Below, piece after piece: positions 33,979 through 47,095 of a stretch of 64,000 nucleotides of DNA (positions are counted from its first letter, which is position 1; each line of letters begins with the position of its first letter). This stretch comes from an uncultured Planctomycetota bacterium (lineage in GTDB: Bacteria; Planctomycetota; Planctomycetia; Isosphaerales; Isosphaeraceae): NCBI GenBank assembly GCA_963845755.1, contig CAWJTV010000030.1:96001-160000 (forward strand). The letters run 5' to 3'. The translations under genes were made by a program, and so were the position numbers. A model generated the notes under the pieces. The model ran no database searches. It saw nothing but the letters and a program-made list of their open reading frames with translations, and had not been told where the DNA came from.

Positions 33979-34276
33979 CGAGCTGCCCGCTGGAAATCGC
34001 CAGGATCCTGCTCGAGATGATCGGGTGGGGACTACTGAAGATCCGCGCCCTGGGGTGGAATGGACAGGCGGATCGCCGATCGGTCGAAGCGGATCACCTC
34101 CATAACTTACCCGATCTGCTGGCGAAGTATGATCCCGTGCAGTTACTCTACTATTGGGACATGGAGCGGGTCGGCACCATGGACGCGACGACGCTGGAGT
34201 TTGTCGCGGCATTGCCGCCGCTCTGGCAACAGCTCGAACCCCACGTCGAGGCAAACCGGAGGACCATCGCACACTC

Positions 34277-34280
<4 letters not shown>
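33975..34280 (+). CDS. Hypothetical protein
   Basis: 101-aa ORF coupled by ATGA overlaps to both uvrC and the ABC-F gene. Confidence 0.65.
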
Positions 34281-36187
<1,907 letters not shown>

Positions 36188-36194
36188 TTCTCCC

Positions 36195-36275
36195 GTTGCG
36201 AATTGCTGGCTGCGAGTTGCCGGCAATCCCCGTCTTCACCCACAACTCGCGATTCTCGACTCGCAACTCACAGCC
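36195..36275. repeat. Degenerate inverted heptamer-arm element
   Basis: GTTGCGA ATTGCTG GCTGCGA GTTGCCG ... CACAACT CGCGATT CTCGACT CGCAACT CACAGCC. Confidence 0.5.
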
Positions 36276-37139
36276 ATGCCCGATCCCCGCAAGATGCTGA
36301 CGACCATCCGCCGCGCGACCGAACTGATGCGGGCGACCCCAGGGCGATCGGGTGGTATCGTCGTGCCGGAGCGGGCCGACGAGATCCTGGTCGTCGGCGA
36401 CCTGCATGGGAACGTGCCGGCGTTCAAGAAGGTGCTGATGCTTGCGGCCCTGGATCGCAACCACTGCCGGCACCTTGTCTTGCAGGAGCTGATCCACGGG
36501 AAGATCGAATACCCCAACGACGGCGGCGATCGCTCGCATCAGCTCCTGGACCTCTTCACGGCACTCAAGTGCCAGTATCCGGATCGTGTCCACCTGATCC
36601 TGGGAAACCATGAGCTAGCCGAGCTGACCGGGCGGATCATCGGCAAGGACGGCAAGGCCCTCAACCTGACGTTCCGCATGGGGATCTCGACGGGCTATGG
36701 TTCATCGGCCGCCGAGATCTACGAGGCATACAAAGGGCTATTCGCCGCATTGCCCCTGGCTATCCGTACCGCGAATCGCGTTTTCGTATGCCACACGCTC
36801 CCCGACGAGGACGATCTCGATAACCTTGACCTGGAACTCCTGAAGGCTGAAACCTGGCCGCCCGAGGCGATGCAGCGACATGGGACCATCTACGCCCTGA
36901 CCTGGGGCCGCGATACGGATCCCGCGGTCGCCGATCGGTTCGCAGCCATGGTTGACGCCGACTGGTTCATCTGCGGCCATCAGCCCTGCGATGAGGGATT
37001 CCGACAGGCCAACCACCGCCAGATCATCATCGACGGCACCGACCCGTTTCCGGCCTATTGCCTGTTTCCCGCCACGGCGGCCACCACGATCGAAGAGCTT
37101 CTGAGATGCGTCCACGTCATGGATGTTGTCGAAGGGTGA
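36276..37139 (+). CDS. Calcineurin-like metallophosphoesterase
   Basis: 'GDLHG', 'GNHE', 'CGHQP'. Confidence 0.85.
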   Translation: MPDPRKMLTTIRRATELMRATPGRSGGIVVPERADEILVVGDLHGNVPAFKKVLMLAALDRNHCRHLVLQELIHGKIEYPNDGGDRSHQLLDLFTALKCQYPDRVHLILGNHELAELTGRIIGKDGKALNLTFRMGISTGYGSSAAEIYEAYKGLFAALPLAIRTANRVFVCHTLPDEDDLDNLDLELLKAETWPPEAMQRHGTIYALTWGRDTDPAVADRFAAMVDADWFICGHQPCDEGFRQANHRQIIIDGTDPFPAYCLFPATAATTIEELLRCVHVMDVVEG

Positions 37140-37238
37140 TCAGACACGGCGCACTGCTCCAGGGAAAACCCACGGCGTTCCTCCTTCCAAACAAGTCAGT
37201 CGACCCGCTAGCGTCCGAAGAATTCACCAATTCTCAAC

Positions 37239-38615
37239 ATGCCGAGGGGAATGCGCCGATACCAAGACGAGGCTGGAAGCTTCACCGGGATGATACGCGC
37301 TGCGGGTCCTCAGGCGAAGGAGGCCGGGCCGATGATGGGCGCCTTTTTGGTGAAGCGAGTTCGGCTCCCGCTGGCAGGGATGGCTGCCCTTTTCCTAGCC
37401 GGATTCGGGCTGACGCTGGCTCGAGCCCAAGAAGGGATTGTTCCCTCAACAACCGCCTCCGCCACTTCCGCGGTCGCAGACCCGGCACCACCTCCCGTCG
37501 TCGTCCCCGGCGACCTGGCCGACCCCGAGGAACCGCAGGCAAGTCCCCCTGCGATCCCCCGTCCACCGACCTACCTTCCCGAGACGGAACCGACCCGGGT
37601 CCCGATGGGACCGCTCGACGTGATCCACGAGTCGATTTTCGGCGCGGCCTCAGAGGAGGACTGGAATCCACTCAGCCTGTCTACATTCTTCAGCGAGGGC
37701 TGGGATAAGCCGTTTGTCAGGTCGCCGGAGGGGACCAACGGAGCCCCCAAGCAGAACTGGTTCGGGTCCGCTGATGGCATCTTCGTGCGACTCAACTCGC
37801 TGAATTTCTTCTTCACGGACAACATGACCACGAACCAGGGGCTGCTGCTGACACCAATCCCCTGGGCGCCCACGAAACCGAAGACGAATGGCAACGAATA
37901 CTTCGCGACGTATAACCTCTACATGCCGCTGAATCAGCGCCTGGAACTCCTGGCCGTCGTCCCCTTCATCGCCTCCAACACGACGAGCCCCACCGGCCAC
38001 TACGTCGGCAACTTCGGGGACTTGACGATCTCCGGGCGGTTCCGTCTGGTCGAGCAGAGAAACTTCAGCCTTCAGGCCTTGCTGACGGAGCGGACCCCCA
38101 CGGGCCAGACGGTCAACGGCAATGACATCAATTTCATCACTCCGGCCGTCGAGTTCTGGTGCAACTTCGCCCCAAGGTGGGTGCTACGCGGCGGTACGGG
38201 GATGAACATCGACACAGGCCGCAAGTCGGCGACCGACACGTACTTCACGAACCTGGCAATGGGACGCTACCTCACCACAAAAGACGCGTACGTATTCAAG
38301 GATCTGGTCGCCCACGTCGTGGTCTCGACGCTATCGGACGTCCTGGGCCGGAAAGGCTACATCACCGACGTTTACATCGCGCCGGGCATCCGGTTCGGGC
38401 TGGGCCGAGACCAGAATTGGTTCGTGCTCAGCGCCATCCAGGTGCCCGTCAGCGGGCCTCATCCCTACGATTGGCAGCCCTGTTTCGCTCTGGGGCGCAA
38501 CTATCGACCGAGAGTGTGGCGATTGACACCACTCGGCTTAACTCAGGCCCGAAGCACCTGCCAGAATTGGCGGAGTGCCGGGAAGACGTCCGCCCGGAAG
38601 CCGCGCTGGCCGTAG
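37239..38615 (+). CDS. Putative outer-membrane beta-barrel protein
   Basis: Signal-like segment, Pro-rich linker, 'FGDLTISGRFRL', 'TPTG', amphipathic beta strands; start uncertain and the true stop is probably near 38505. Confidence 0.55.
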   Translation: MPRGMRRYQDEAGSFTGMIRAAGPQAKEAGPMMGAFLVKRVRLPLAGMAALFLAGFGLTLARAQEGIVPSTTASATSAVADPAPPPVVVPGDLADPEEPQASPPAIPRPPTYLPETEPTRVPMGPLDVIHESIFGAASEEDWNPLSLSTFFSEGWDKPFVRSPEGTNGAPKQNWFGSADGIFVRLNSLNFFFTDNMTTNQGLLLTPIPWAPTKPKTNGNEYFATYNLYMPLNQRLELLAVVPFIASNTTSPTGHYVGNFGDLTISGRFRLVEQRNFSLQALLTERTPTGQTVNGNDINFITPAVEFWCNFAPRWVLRGGTGMNIDTGRKSATDTYFTNLAMGRYLTTKDAYVFKDLVAHVVVSTLSDVLGRKGYITDVYIAPGIRFGLGRDQNWFVLSAIQVPVSGPHPYDWQPCFALGRNYRPRVWRLTPLGLTQARSTCQNWRSAGKTSARKPRWP

Positions 38616-40412
38616 ACGATGGCGACGAAGTATCCGACCACGCGAGTGGCGTCCGTGCGCAGATCATCCCGTGTTTGCCCGAGTCGTTGGGCAAACTCGA
38701 TCGGCGTTTCGTGGGGCGATCGGGCCAGGTTGTGCTCCCAGGCCCAGGCTTCGAGGGCCTCGAAGCTGTAGAGGATCAGGTCATCGGGGCTAAACTGATG
38801 GTCCAGCCCCGCGTCGAAGGGATTGACGTACGAGGCAAACGGTCGGGGCGGCGCGGCCGGCTCTGGCGGCTGGTCCTTCGGTTTCTTTTCCGGTTGGGCG
38901 ATGAACAAACCTCCGAACAGCGATCGGATCAAGTCGAGGAGTGCCTCTGAGCAAATCCCGGCCGTAGCGAAGCAGGCCGAGGACCAAGACCACGACTCCC
39001 ACGGCGATGATGAGCGGCATCAACCAGGACGGCACCACGAAGGGGAGCGACGGCAAACGGAGTGGCGGGTTCGACGGGTTGCTCGGGCTCTGATTCTCCT
39101 TTGGGGAGCTCTCGTTGTCTGGTTTCGAGGCACCTTTGTCGTTCTGGTCGGAGTCGCGGTTGTCATCTTTGCTACGATCCTCCGTGTTCTCGGAGCGGCC
39201 GTCCTCACTCTTGCCTCGTTCTTGAGATTTCTCGTCGGCGGAGCCTTTTTTCCCAGGAGAACCGGATTGCGAACGAGACGGCTTGCCCCGCGGCGCGCCG
39301 CTCTTTGAGCGCCCGGGTCCCTTCGAACCCCCAGGGCGTCCCTTGCCGGCGGTCTGCTGTCCGGCTTTGGGGTCATTCTCCTCGCCCGAGCCCTCGGCCT
39401 GTTTCGCGGACTGCGGTTGGTTCTGACCCTTGGATGCAGCCGGTCCCTCGCTCTGGGCCCCCTCGCCCTGGACGCCGCTGTCCTTCAGAATCGCATGGCG
39501 CGAGGCGCGGAGGTCGCTTGGCTCGCCCGTCGCACCTCGAAGGACGCTCCAGCCCGAGCCGGGCAGCGGCACGGCCGCCGCCAGTACGACAAGACCCACG
39601 ATCAGGATGGAACCGATCGAGAGCCATGTCGCTGTCATGGCCGCGGGCATCTTGAGCTTTCGCCGACGGAGGTATCGCCGCAAGTTGAGGAAGCTCGTCG
39701 CCAGCAGCAAGCCCATGCCGCTGGCGATGTACGCCAGGAAGTACACGAACAGCCAAGCACGGCGATCCTCCTCCACAGCCGGTACGAGCCACTGACCCAG
39801 GCCGAACAGCGGCAGCGAAGCCATCGTGAAGTAGACGAGCCAGACTCCCGGCGCATGCGGCCGGCGGGATTGTTCGGAATCGAGCTCCCAGAGTTTCCAC
39901 CAGGGACGAGGGGGCAGCAGCGACGTATCCATCGCGTCCGGATCGTCGTTGGATCTCGCGGTCGGGGCCGTGTCTGCTCCGCCCTGGTCGGCGAGCGCCG
40001 AAGGATCGAGGCCGCTCTGTTGCAATAGCCCGACCCCGACGTCCTGGTCCTCGTCGAGCAGCGTGCAGTCGAATGTCAACTTGTGGGTCGCCCACCAGAC
40101 GACGCCCATCACCACGATCAGAAACGGCTGAAACCCGGCCAGTTGTGTGGACACCAACGCCACGGCACCCCCGAGGGCCAGGCCGTACCCCTTGGCGATC
40201 GAAGTGCCGATCTGCATGCTGACTCGCGTGATCAACACAATCCCGAACACGAACCAGAAAAGGATCCAGCGCAGTCGGTCCAGGACTGGTCCCTCGTACC
40301 AGAGGTCGAGCAAAAAGAACATGAGGCTGCCGACCATAACCATGATCAGCCCCGGTTCGATCGCGGCGACCAGGTAATCGACCAGCGTGCCACGAGAACG
40401 GTTGCGGGCCAT
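38543..40412 (-). CDS. Membrane protein with C-terminal DUF4129-like domain (frameshift near 38940)
   Basis: Many TMs, polar low-complexity linker, 'RSPHETPIEFA' motif; downstream of MoxR-DUF58. Confidence 0.7.
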
Positions 40413-40431
40413 TTCGAGAGGCTCCGGCGGG

Positions 40432-41761
40432 TCAAAGGGGACTGACGAGCTGGAGCTCGCAGAAGCGGTACAGTTCTTCCTCGTCGGACAGTGCACGAAC
40501 CGGGACGCCCTCGGCGATGAGCGGCCCGGCGGAGTCGATCCGCTCGACCTCGTCGAAGGCCAGGAGCACGACGCTGACGGCGAATCCCTGTCGCTTGAGC
40601 CGGCCCAGCGACAGGGCCATCTCGGGCGTGACATCGGCCAGAACCGCGACGACCGTCGCATCGCGAGGGAGACGCGGCTCGGCCTCGATCAGGAGCTGGT
40701 CGAACGTGAGACCGTCGGTCAGCTCGACGCGCGGCAAGGACCTCGCGAATCCTCGAGAAGCTCTCGGGGCCGCGGCTGGATGGGACGATCAGCGGACGCA
40801 GCCGGTCGTCCTTCTCGCGCATCTCCGCCGCCTGGTGGGTGGCCTCGCGATTCGACCCGGTGACGCCCCGTTGCCGCGCGATCTCGTCGCGCAGGCGGAG
40901 GCGGTCCGCGGCATCGCGACCGTTGGTGATCAGCCCGATGGGCTGTCGCATCAGGCTCACGGCGTTGGCGAGCGCCACGGCGGTGGTTACGGCTAGCTCG
41001 GAACGGCCGGGTTCGTTTCGTGCGGCGTAACTCTTGCGGTGGAAATCCAGCAAGATCGTCGCACCGGCGATCGTCGAGGCATCGTAGATCTTGCTGTGCA
41101 GGACGCCGGTGCGGGCCGTGGCCCGCCAGTGGATGCGGTTGAACGCGTCGCCGGGCTGGTAGTACCGGACGCCGGCGATCCGTGTCGGGTCCTCGAAAAG
41201 GCGGTGCGTCAGGCGGATCTCGCCAATCGGACGTCGCGACGCCAGGTCGTAGCCGGGCAGCGGGATCACCTTGGGATAAACCATGATGTAGACCGGCTCG
41301 GTCACGATCCGGAACCGGCGGTGCAACCCGAACAGGTCGCCCGTCTCCAGCACAATCGGCCCGACCTGATAATAGCCACGCATCGCGAAGTGGAGTTGAT
41401 AATTCAGGGTCTTCTGTCCACGCGAGCCGAGCATCGACACGGCCAGGCGATGCCCTTTCACCTCAATGCGCGGCGGGCGGGATACGATCGCCCCGCGAGG
41501 CAGCATGTCCTCGATCAACACCCAGGCGACCGGCAAACGGCCCCGGTTGCGGATCGTGACGTTGAAGGCGATCGACTGGCCGACTTCCGCATCCGTCCGG
41601 TTGCACTCCCGGGTGGCTTCAAGGTTGGTGATCCAGGATCGGGCGAGGAAGCGGCTGACCAACATCAGGCCCAGCAGGGCGAGCATCGCGCAGACGACCA
41701 GCGTGAAGCCGCATACGGCCGCGATTACCAGGATTGCGACGATGGCGAGGAACCCGCGCAT
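40432..41761 (-). CDS. DUF58 protein (frameshift near 40735)
   Basis: 'RGYYQVGP...GDLFGL', 'VRYYQPGDAFNRIHWRATAR'. Confidence 0.9.
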
Positions 41762-42718
41762 CAGACCATGACCCTCGAACTGGCTGTCGGTACAGACAAC
41801 ATGTCGAGGAGTTCCTCGACCACACTGCGGGACGTCACCTTACGCAGGCGGCTCTCGGGCTTGAGGATGATTCGATGGCCGAGGATGGCTGGCGCCAGCC
41901 GCTTGATGTCGTCGGGCGTGATGAAATCGTGTCCACGGATCGCCGCGAGCGCCTGCGACGCCCGGTACACGCGCCAGAGAGGCCCGAGGGCTGCCGCCGA
42001 GCAAGACATCCGGATGTTCGCGGGAGCGGCGGATCAACTCGACGATGTATCTGCCGAGCTTGTCCTCGACGTGAATATTCCTCACTGCCTCCTGGCACTG
42101 GAGGACCTCGTCGGCCGTGACCACGGCTTTCAAGCTATCGATCGGGTGCTTGAGCTGGAGTCGGGCCAGCATCGAGGCTTCCTCCTCGGCGGTCGGATAT
42201 CCGAGACTGAGGCGGACGAGGAAGCGGTCGAGTTGGGCCTCGGGCAACGGGAAGGTACCTTCGTGGTCAACGGGGTTCTGGGTCGCGATCAGGAGGAACG
42301 GAGGAGTCAGGTCGTACGTCGTGCCGTTGACCGAGACTCTCCGTTCGGCCATCGCTTCCAGGAGCGCGGACTGGGTCCGCGGTGTCGCCCGGTTGATCTC
42401 GTCGGCCAGGAAGATCTGCGAGAAGATGGGGCCGGGCCGAAACTCGAACTGGGTCGTTTTCGGGTTGAAGATCGAGGCGCCCGTGATATCCGTCGGGAGC
42501 AGGTCCGGCGTGCATTGCACGCGCTTGAAGGCCGCACCCACACTGCTGGCCAGTGCCCTCGCGAGCATGGTCTTGGCCACTCCAGGTACATCTTCCAGCA
42601 GGATGTGCCCCTCGGAAAAATAGGCGACGAGCGCCAGGATGATCTCCTGACGCTTGCCGATGACCACTTTTTCAATATTCGCGACGAGTTTCTTGCCGGT
42701 CGTCGAGACGTCCGCCAT
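41761..42718 (-). CDS. MoxR-family AAA+ ATPase (frameshift near 41975)
   Basis: 'HILLEDVPGVAKT', 'QCTPDLLPTD', 'ADEINRATPRTQSALLEAM', 'ATQNP', 'PLPEAQLDRF'. Confidence 0.95.
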
Positions 42719-43207
42719 GTGCCGATCCTTCTGTCCCAAGGCCCGCACGGAGCCGGGCGGCAACCCATCACGAAGGTTGCGAGCATCCCACAAACGTCAG
42801 GGGCATGTAACAGCTTAAGTTTTTTGCGATGGAATGCAACACCTGGGGATCTGCACGCCGCATGGTCCACTGCCCTTTCCCGCCTGTCGAGTGCTGTTGA
42901 TCTGGGACGGGAGACCCGATCAAGAGCCCGGCAGCATCAATGGGAATCGTGGGCGACACGGCGCCCAGCCTCTGTTCCCATGGTCTTATCCCGGCCAGAC
43001 AGAATGGGTTGGAGGGCGCACTCGACGCATCTCGAATCCCATGAACATCAGCCTCACGGGCGGCTTAGGACAGCGGCAGGACGCTTGTGTTCGCCACTCG
43101 GCTGGTTACGATGGGGCTTCGGGCCGGTTGTCTCGGTGTTCCGGTCGCGTGGAGCGATGTCCTCTTGTTTGAGTGGAGCGCCAGCCGTGAACTCTTGGCT
43201 CCGTTCG

Positions 43208-45694
43208 ATGAGAATTGCCGGCGAGTCGATCGCGTGGCCTCTGATCGTTGTAGCGATTACCTCGCCGATGCCCGTTGCCGCCCAAGACACATCTCCGGCG
43301 GTCCTCTACACCGCGAGCGACTTCCCGGCGCTCGCCGACGGCGTCGATCCCGGATTCGCTGGTGAGGCGTCCGTTTATGTCTGGTCTTCGTCGCAGGACG
43401 AGTGGAGCGTGAAGCCCGTAAGCGAAAGCCTCGCCTTGACTCACCACAACCGTGCGGGCGATCCGGCGCCTCGATGGCAGCAACTCGGCAAGGTCCAACT
43501 CACAAAGGGCCATCCGCTCAAAATCGTCCTGAGCTATGAGTCACCCCATGACGATGATCACTCGAAATCGTCCACGACATCCCAGGCGAAATCCAAGGAG
43601 CCAGGGAAGGAACGGTCGAACGAGAAGCGGCAACCCAAGCCCGTGCCGGCGCTCTTGTGGTTCTCCTCCCGCACCGATCCTGGCGCGACGCCCGACCTGG
43701 ATCTGATCCGGGGGCGCGTCGAGACGACCGAGCCGTCGCCGGATCGACGCCGCTCCGAAGTGCGAACAAACTACCAGGGAGCGGACTTCCAGGCGCCGAC
43801 CAAGGCCGCAGCCTGGCGCGACCGCGCCGAGCATCTCCGCGACCAGATGCGCGTAACGCTGGGCTTGTGGCCGATGTTCCCGAAGACGCCCCTGAGACCC
43901 AGGATCTACGGCAGGCTTCAACGCGACGGCTACACGATCGAGAAGGTCGTGCTCGAGACTTTTCCCGGGTTCACGCTCAGCGGCAACCTCTACAGGCCGT
44001 CCCAGGCGACCGGCCGCATCCCGGGCGTCCTCTGTCCACACGGCCATTGGGCCGACGGCCGGGTGAACCCCGAAGTGCAGCAGCGCTGTATCCGATGGGC
44101 GAAGCTGGGTTGCGTCGTCTTCCTTTACGACATGGTCGGCTACAACGACAGCAAGCCGTTCCCCCATGAATTCCTCAACGATCACCTGCGGCGATGGGGC
44201 TTGAGTCTCCCGACGCTCCAGACCTGGAACAGCATCCGGGCTCTCGACTGGTTGACCGCGTTGCCCGATGTGGACATCACCCGCATCGGCTGCACCGGCG
44301 AGTCCGGCGGCGGCACCCAGACGTTCCTCCTCACCGCGGTGGACGATCGGATCAAGGTCTCGGCGCCGGTGGTCATGGTCTCCGACACATTTCAGGGTGG
44401 CTGCGTCTGCGAGAACGCCGCGGGACTGCGCCACGGTACCGACAATGTCGAGTTTGCTGCACTCTGCGCACCCCGGCCTTTGATCCTCGTCGGAGCCAGC
44501 GGCGACTGGACCGCAAAGACGATGGAACGCGCCTTTCCAGCCATCCGGGGCGTCTATTCCCTCGTCGGCTCGACCGAAAATGTCAGCGCCCAGGTGTTCG
44601 ACTTCCCGCATAACTATAACCAGACGAGCCGGAACGCGGTCTACGCAGCGATGGGACACCGGCTCCTGGGCATCGACGACCCGGAGACCACCAAGGAAGG
44701 GAAGCAGGAGACCGAGAAGCCGGAGGCCCTGTTCACGTTCAACTCGGAGCATCCCGCCCCAAAGGATCGGAAGACTCCCGAGCAACTGGAGACTTATCTG
44801 ATCGACACGCTGAAGCGACTGATCGGCGATCTTGCTCCCACGCACGGACCGGCCACCTGGGAAGCCTCGCGTCGGCTACTTCTGACGAGTCTGAAAGTCC
44901 GGACCGGAGTCGTCAACCCGCCAATGGACTCGCTGAGCTCCCGCGAGGTCCGTCGGATCGCACGCGAGGAGTTCACCGTCATCCACACAATTCTGGGCCG
45001 CCGGGCAACGGGCGAGGCCATTCCGGTCGTGCAACTGATTCCCGCGCACCCCTCGGGAAGGATCACACTGATCGCTCATCATCGCGGGAAGGCGGCGCTG
45101 GCTGCTAGCTCGGGCGAACCGTCTGCCCTGGTCCGGTCGTTACTGGCTCGCGGCCACATCGTCGTCGGATTCGACCCGCTGTTTATCGGCGAGTCGATCG
45201 ACCCGCGTGATTCCGTGGTGCATCGTCCGGACACAGCCCACTACGAGACATATAATTCTGTAACGGCGGCCGATCAGATGCAAGACCTCGCCACCGTGCT
45301 GGCCTGGGCGCGGTCCCAGCCCGAGGCCCAAGCCGTCAACCTGGTCGCACAAGGAGCCGCGGGCTACCAGGCGCTGGTCGCCCGCCCGCTGCTGGAAGGT
45401 CTGGCACGGACGGTCATCGAGCTCTCGGACTGGCCCTGGGGATCAGCGGGAGCAGAGCCCGCCAAATGGCCGGCGACGATCGATCTACCCGGGTTGGAGC
45501 AGTTTGGCGGTCTCCAGGCCGCAGCCGCCCTTTCGGCCCCGGCACCGCTCTGGGTCTTCGGAAATCTCGCGGGTCTCGAGACCTCCTGGCCCAGAGCCGC
45601 TTATCGTCTGGCCGGCGCGCCTTCGCGCTTGAGAATGGAGTCGGACGAGCCCGGACCTGATGCAATCGCGCGCTGGCTCGATGCCGGCGAATGA
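43208..45694 (+). CDS. Secreted alpha/beta-hydrolase (acetylxylan esterase-like)
   Basis: 'GYTIEKV', 'LCPHGHW', nucleophile elbow 'GCTGESGGG', 'CAPRP', 'HNYN'; start inferred from signal peptide. Confidence 0.8.
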   Translation: MRIAGESIAWPLIVVAITSPMPVAAQDTSPAVLYTASDFPALADGVDPGFAGEASVYVWSSSQDEWSVKPVSESLALTHHNRAGDPAPRWQQLGKVQLTKGHPLKIVLSYESPHDDDHSKSSTTSQAKSKEPGKERSNEKRQPKPVPALLWFSSRTDPGATPDLDLIRGRVETTEPSPDRRRSEVRTNYQGADFQAPTKAAAWRDRAEHLRDQMRVTLGLWPMFPKTPLRPRIYGRLQRDGYTIEKVVLETFPGFTLSGNLYRPSQATGRIPGVLCPHGHWADGRVNPEVQQRCIRWAKLGCVVFLYDMVGYNDSKPFPHEFLNDHLRRWGLSLPTLQTWNSIRALDWLTALPDVDITRIGCTGESGGGTQTFLLTAVDDRIKVSAPVVMVSDTFQGGCVCENAAGLRHGTDNVEFAALCAPRPLILVGASGDWTAKTMERAFPAIRGVYSLVGSTENVSAQVFDFPHNYNQTSRNAVYAAMGHRLLGIDDPETTKEGKQETEKPEALFTFNSEHPAPKDRKTPEQLETYLIDTLKRLIGDLAPTHGPATWEASRRLLLTSLKVRTGVVNPPMDSLSSREVRRIAREEFTVIHTILGRRATGEAIPVVQLIPAHPSGRITLIAHHRGKAALAASSGEPSALVRSLLARGHIVVGFDPLFIGESIDPRDSVVHRPDTAHYETYNSVTAADQMQDLATVLAWARSQPEAQAVNLVAQGAAGYQALVARPLLEGLARTVIELSDWPWGSAGAEPAKWPATIDLPGLEQFGGLQAAAALSAPAPLWVFGNLAGLETSWPRAAYRLAGAPSRLRMESDEPGPDAIARWLDAGE

Positions 45695-45738
45695 CGGAAT
45701 GCAACCGGGGCGACGCCGACGATTCGTCGGTATGATGA

Positions 45739-47095
45739 CTACTGGAGGTCGTAGCGATTCATCTTGTAGTGGAGCGTGCGGACGCTGACTCCGAGGAGCC
45801 TGGCCGTTCGCTCGCGGTGCTGGTTGCAATGGGCGAGGGCGGCGAGGATGGCGGCGGTCTCCGCATCACGGACCGCGTCGTCCAGGGTGACGACCGCGGT
45901 GGTAGGAGGCTCGGCGAGCAGCTCGAGGGGCAAGTCGTTCAACCTGGATCGTCGGCCGCTCGACGGTGACGACCAGCCGCTCGATGATATTCCGGAGTTG
46001 GCGGAGGTTTCCCGGCCAGGCGTACTCGCGAATCACACGCATTGCCGAGCCGGCGACCTGCTTGATCTCGCGATTGTGCCGGAGGGCGGCCCGCTCGATG
46101 AAATGACGGATCAGATGAGGAATGTCGTCACGACGCTCACGGAGCGGCGGGAGGCGAAGTCGGACGACGCTGAAGCGGTAATACAGATCTGACCGCATCT
46201 GTCCCTCGGCAACGAGCTCATCGATGTCACGATTGGTAGCCACGACGAGCCGAACGTCGAGGGGGATGCGTTCCTTTCCACCGAGGCGGTGGAACTCGCG
46301 GTGCTCGAGCACACGAAGCAAATCAACCTGAGTCTTGAGTGGCAACTCGCCCACCTCATTGAGGAAGAGCGTTCCCCCACCGGCCAGCTCGAGCCACCCG
46401 GCTTTCTCGCGGGCCGCACCATTGAACGCTCTCGACTCGTAGCCGAACAGTTCGCTGTCGATTAGCGATTCGGGCAGGACTTCGATGTTGGCCAGGATGA
46501 ATGGCCCGTGGCGCCGGGAGCTCATGTCGTGGAGTGCGCACGCGATCCGCCCCTTGCCGGTCCCGCTCTCGCCCTCGATCATGACGCTAACGTCCGTATC
46601 GGCGATCTGGACGACCCGCCCGAGCAGTTCGGTGATGACCGCGCTCTGACCGATAATTTCGGTCAGCGGCCCCGAGGCGGCCAGTCGATCGCGTAGCCGG
46701 CGATTCTCCTCTCTCAATTGATGATGCTCGAACGCGCGGTGAACCTGAATCCTCAGCGCGGCGAGGTTGACCGGCTTGGTGACGTAGTCCTGGGCACCCA
46801 GTCGCATCGCCTCCACGGCGGTCTCGATCGAGCCGTGGGCGGTAATCACGATCAACAGGATTTCCGGCCGCTCGTCCTTGGCGTGGCGGATCAGGTCGAG
46901 CCCGGAGAGCGGCCCCGGCATTTTCAGATCCAGGAGTATCAGGTGTGGAGGCTGGGTGCGGAGGACGTTCAGGGCCTCGGCGACGTCCGAGGCCGTTGAC
47001 AGCTCATAGGTGTCGCAACTCAGCGCTCGACTCAGACCCGCCCGGATGCTCGGCTCATCATCGACGATCAGGATGCGGAAGCAGTTCTCGTCCAT
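45739..47095 (-). CDS. NtrC/AtoC-like response regulator (REC-AAA-HTH; frameshift near 45945)
   Basis: 'ILIVDDE', 'LDLKMP', 'GESGTGK', 'VVATNR', 'DLYYR', 'WPGNLRQL', Fis-type HTH 'TARLLGVSVRTLHYKM'. Confidence 0.9.

Noticed and set aside
41039..43207. N-terminal half of the 1551-aa + strand ORF
   Set aside because: Antisense shadow of MoxR/DUF58; the real hydrolase begins near 43208
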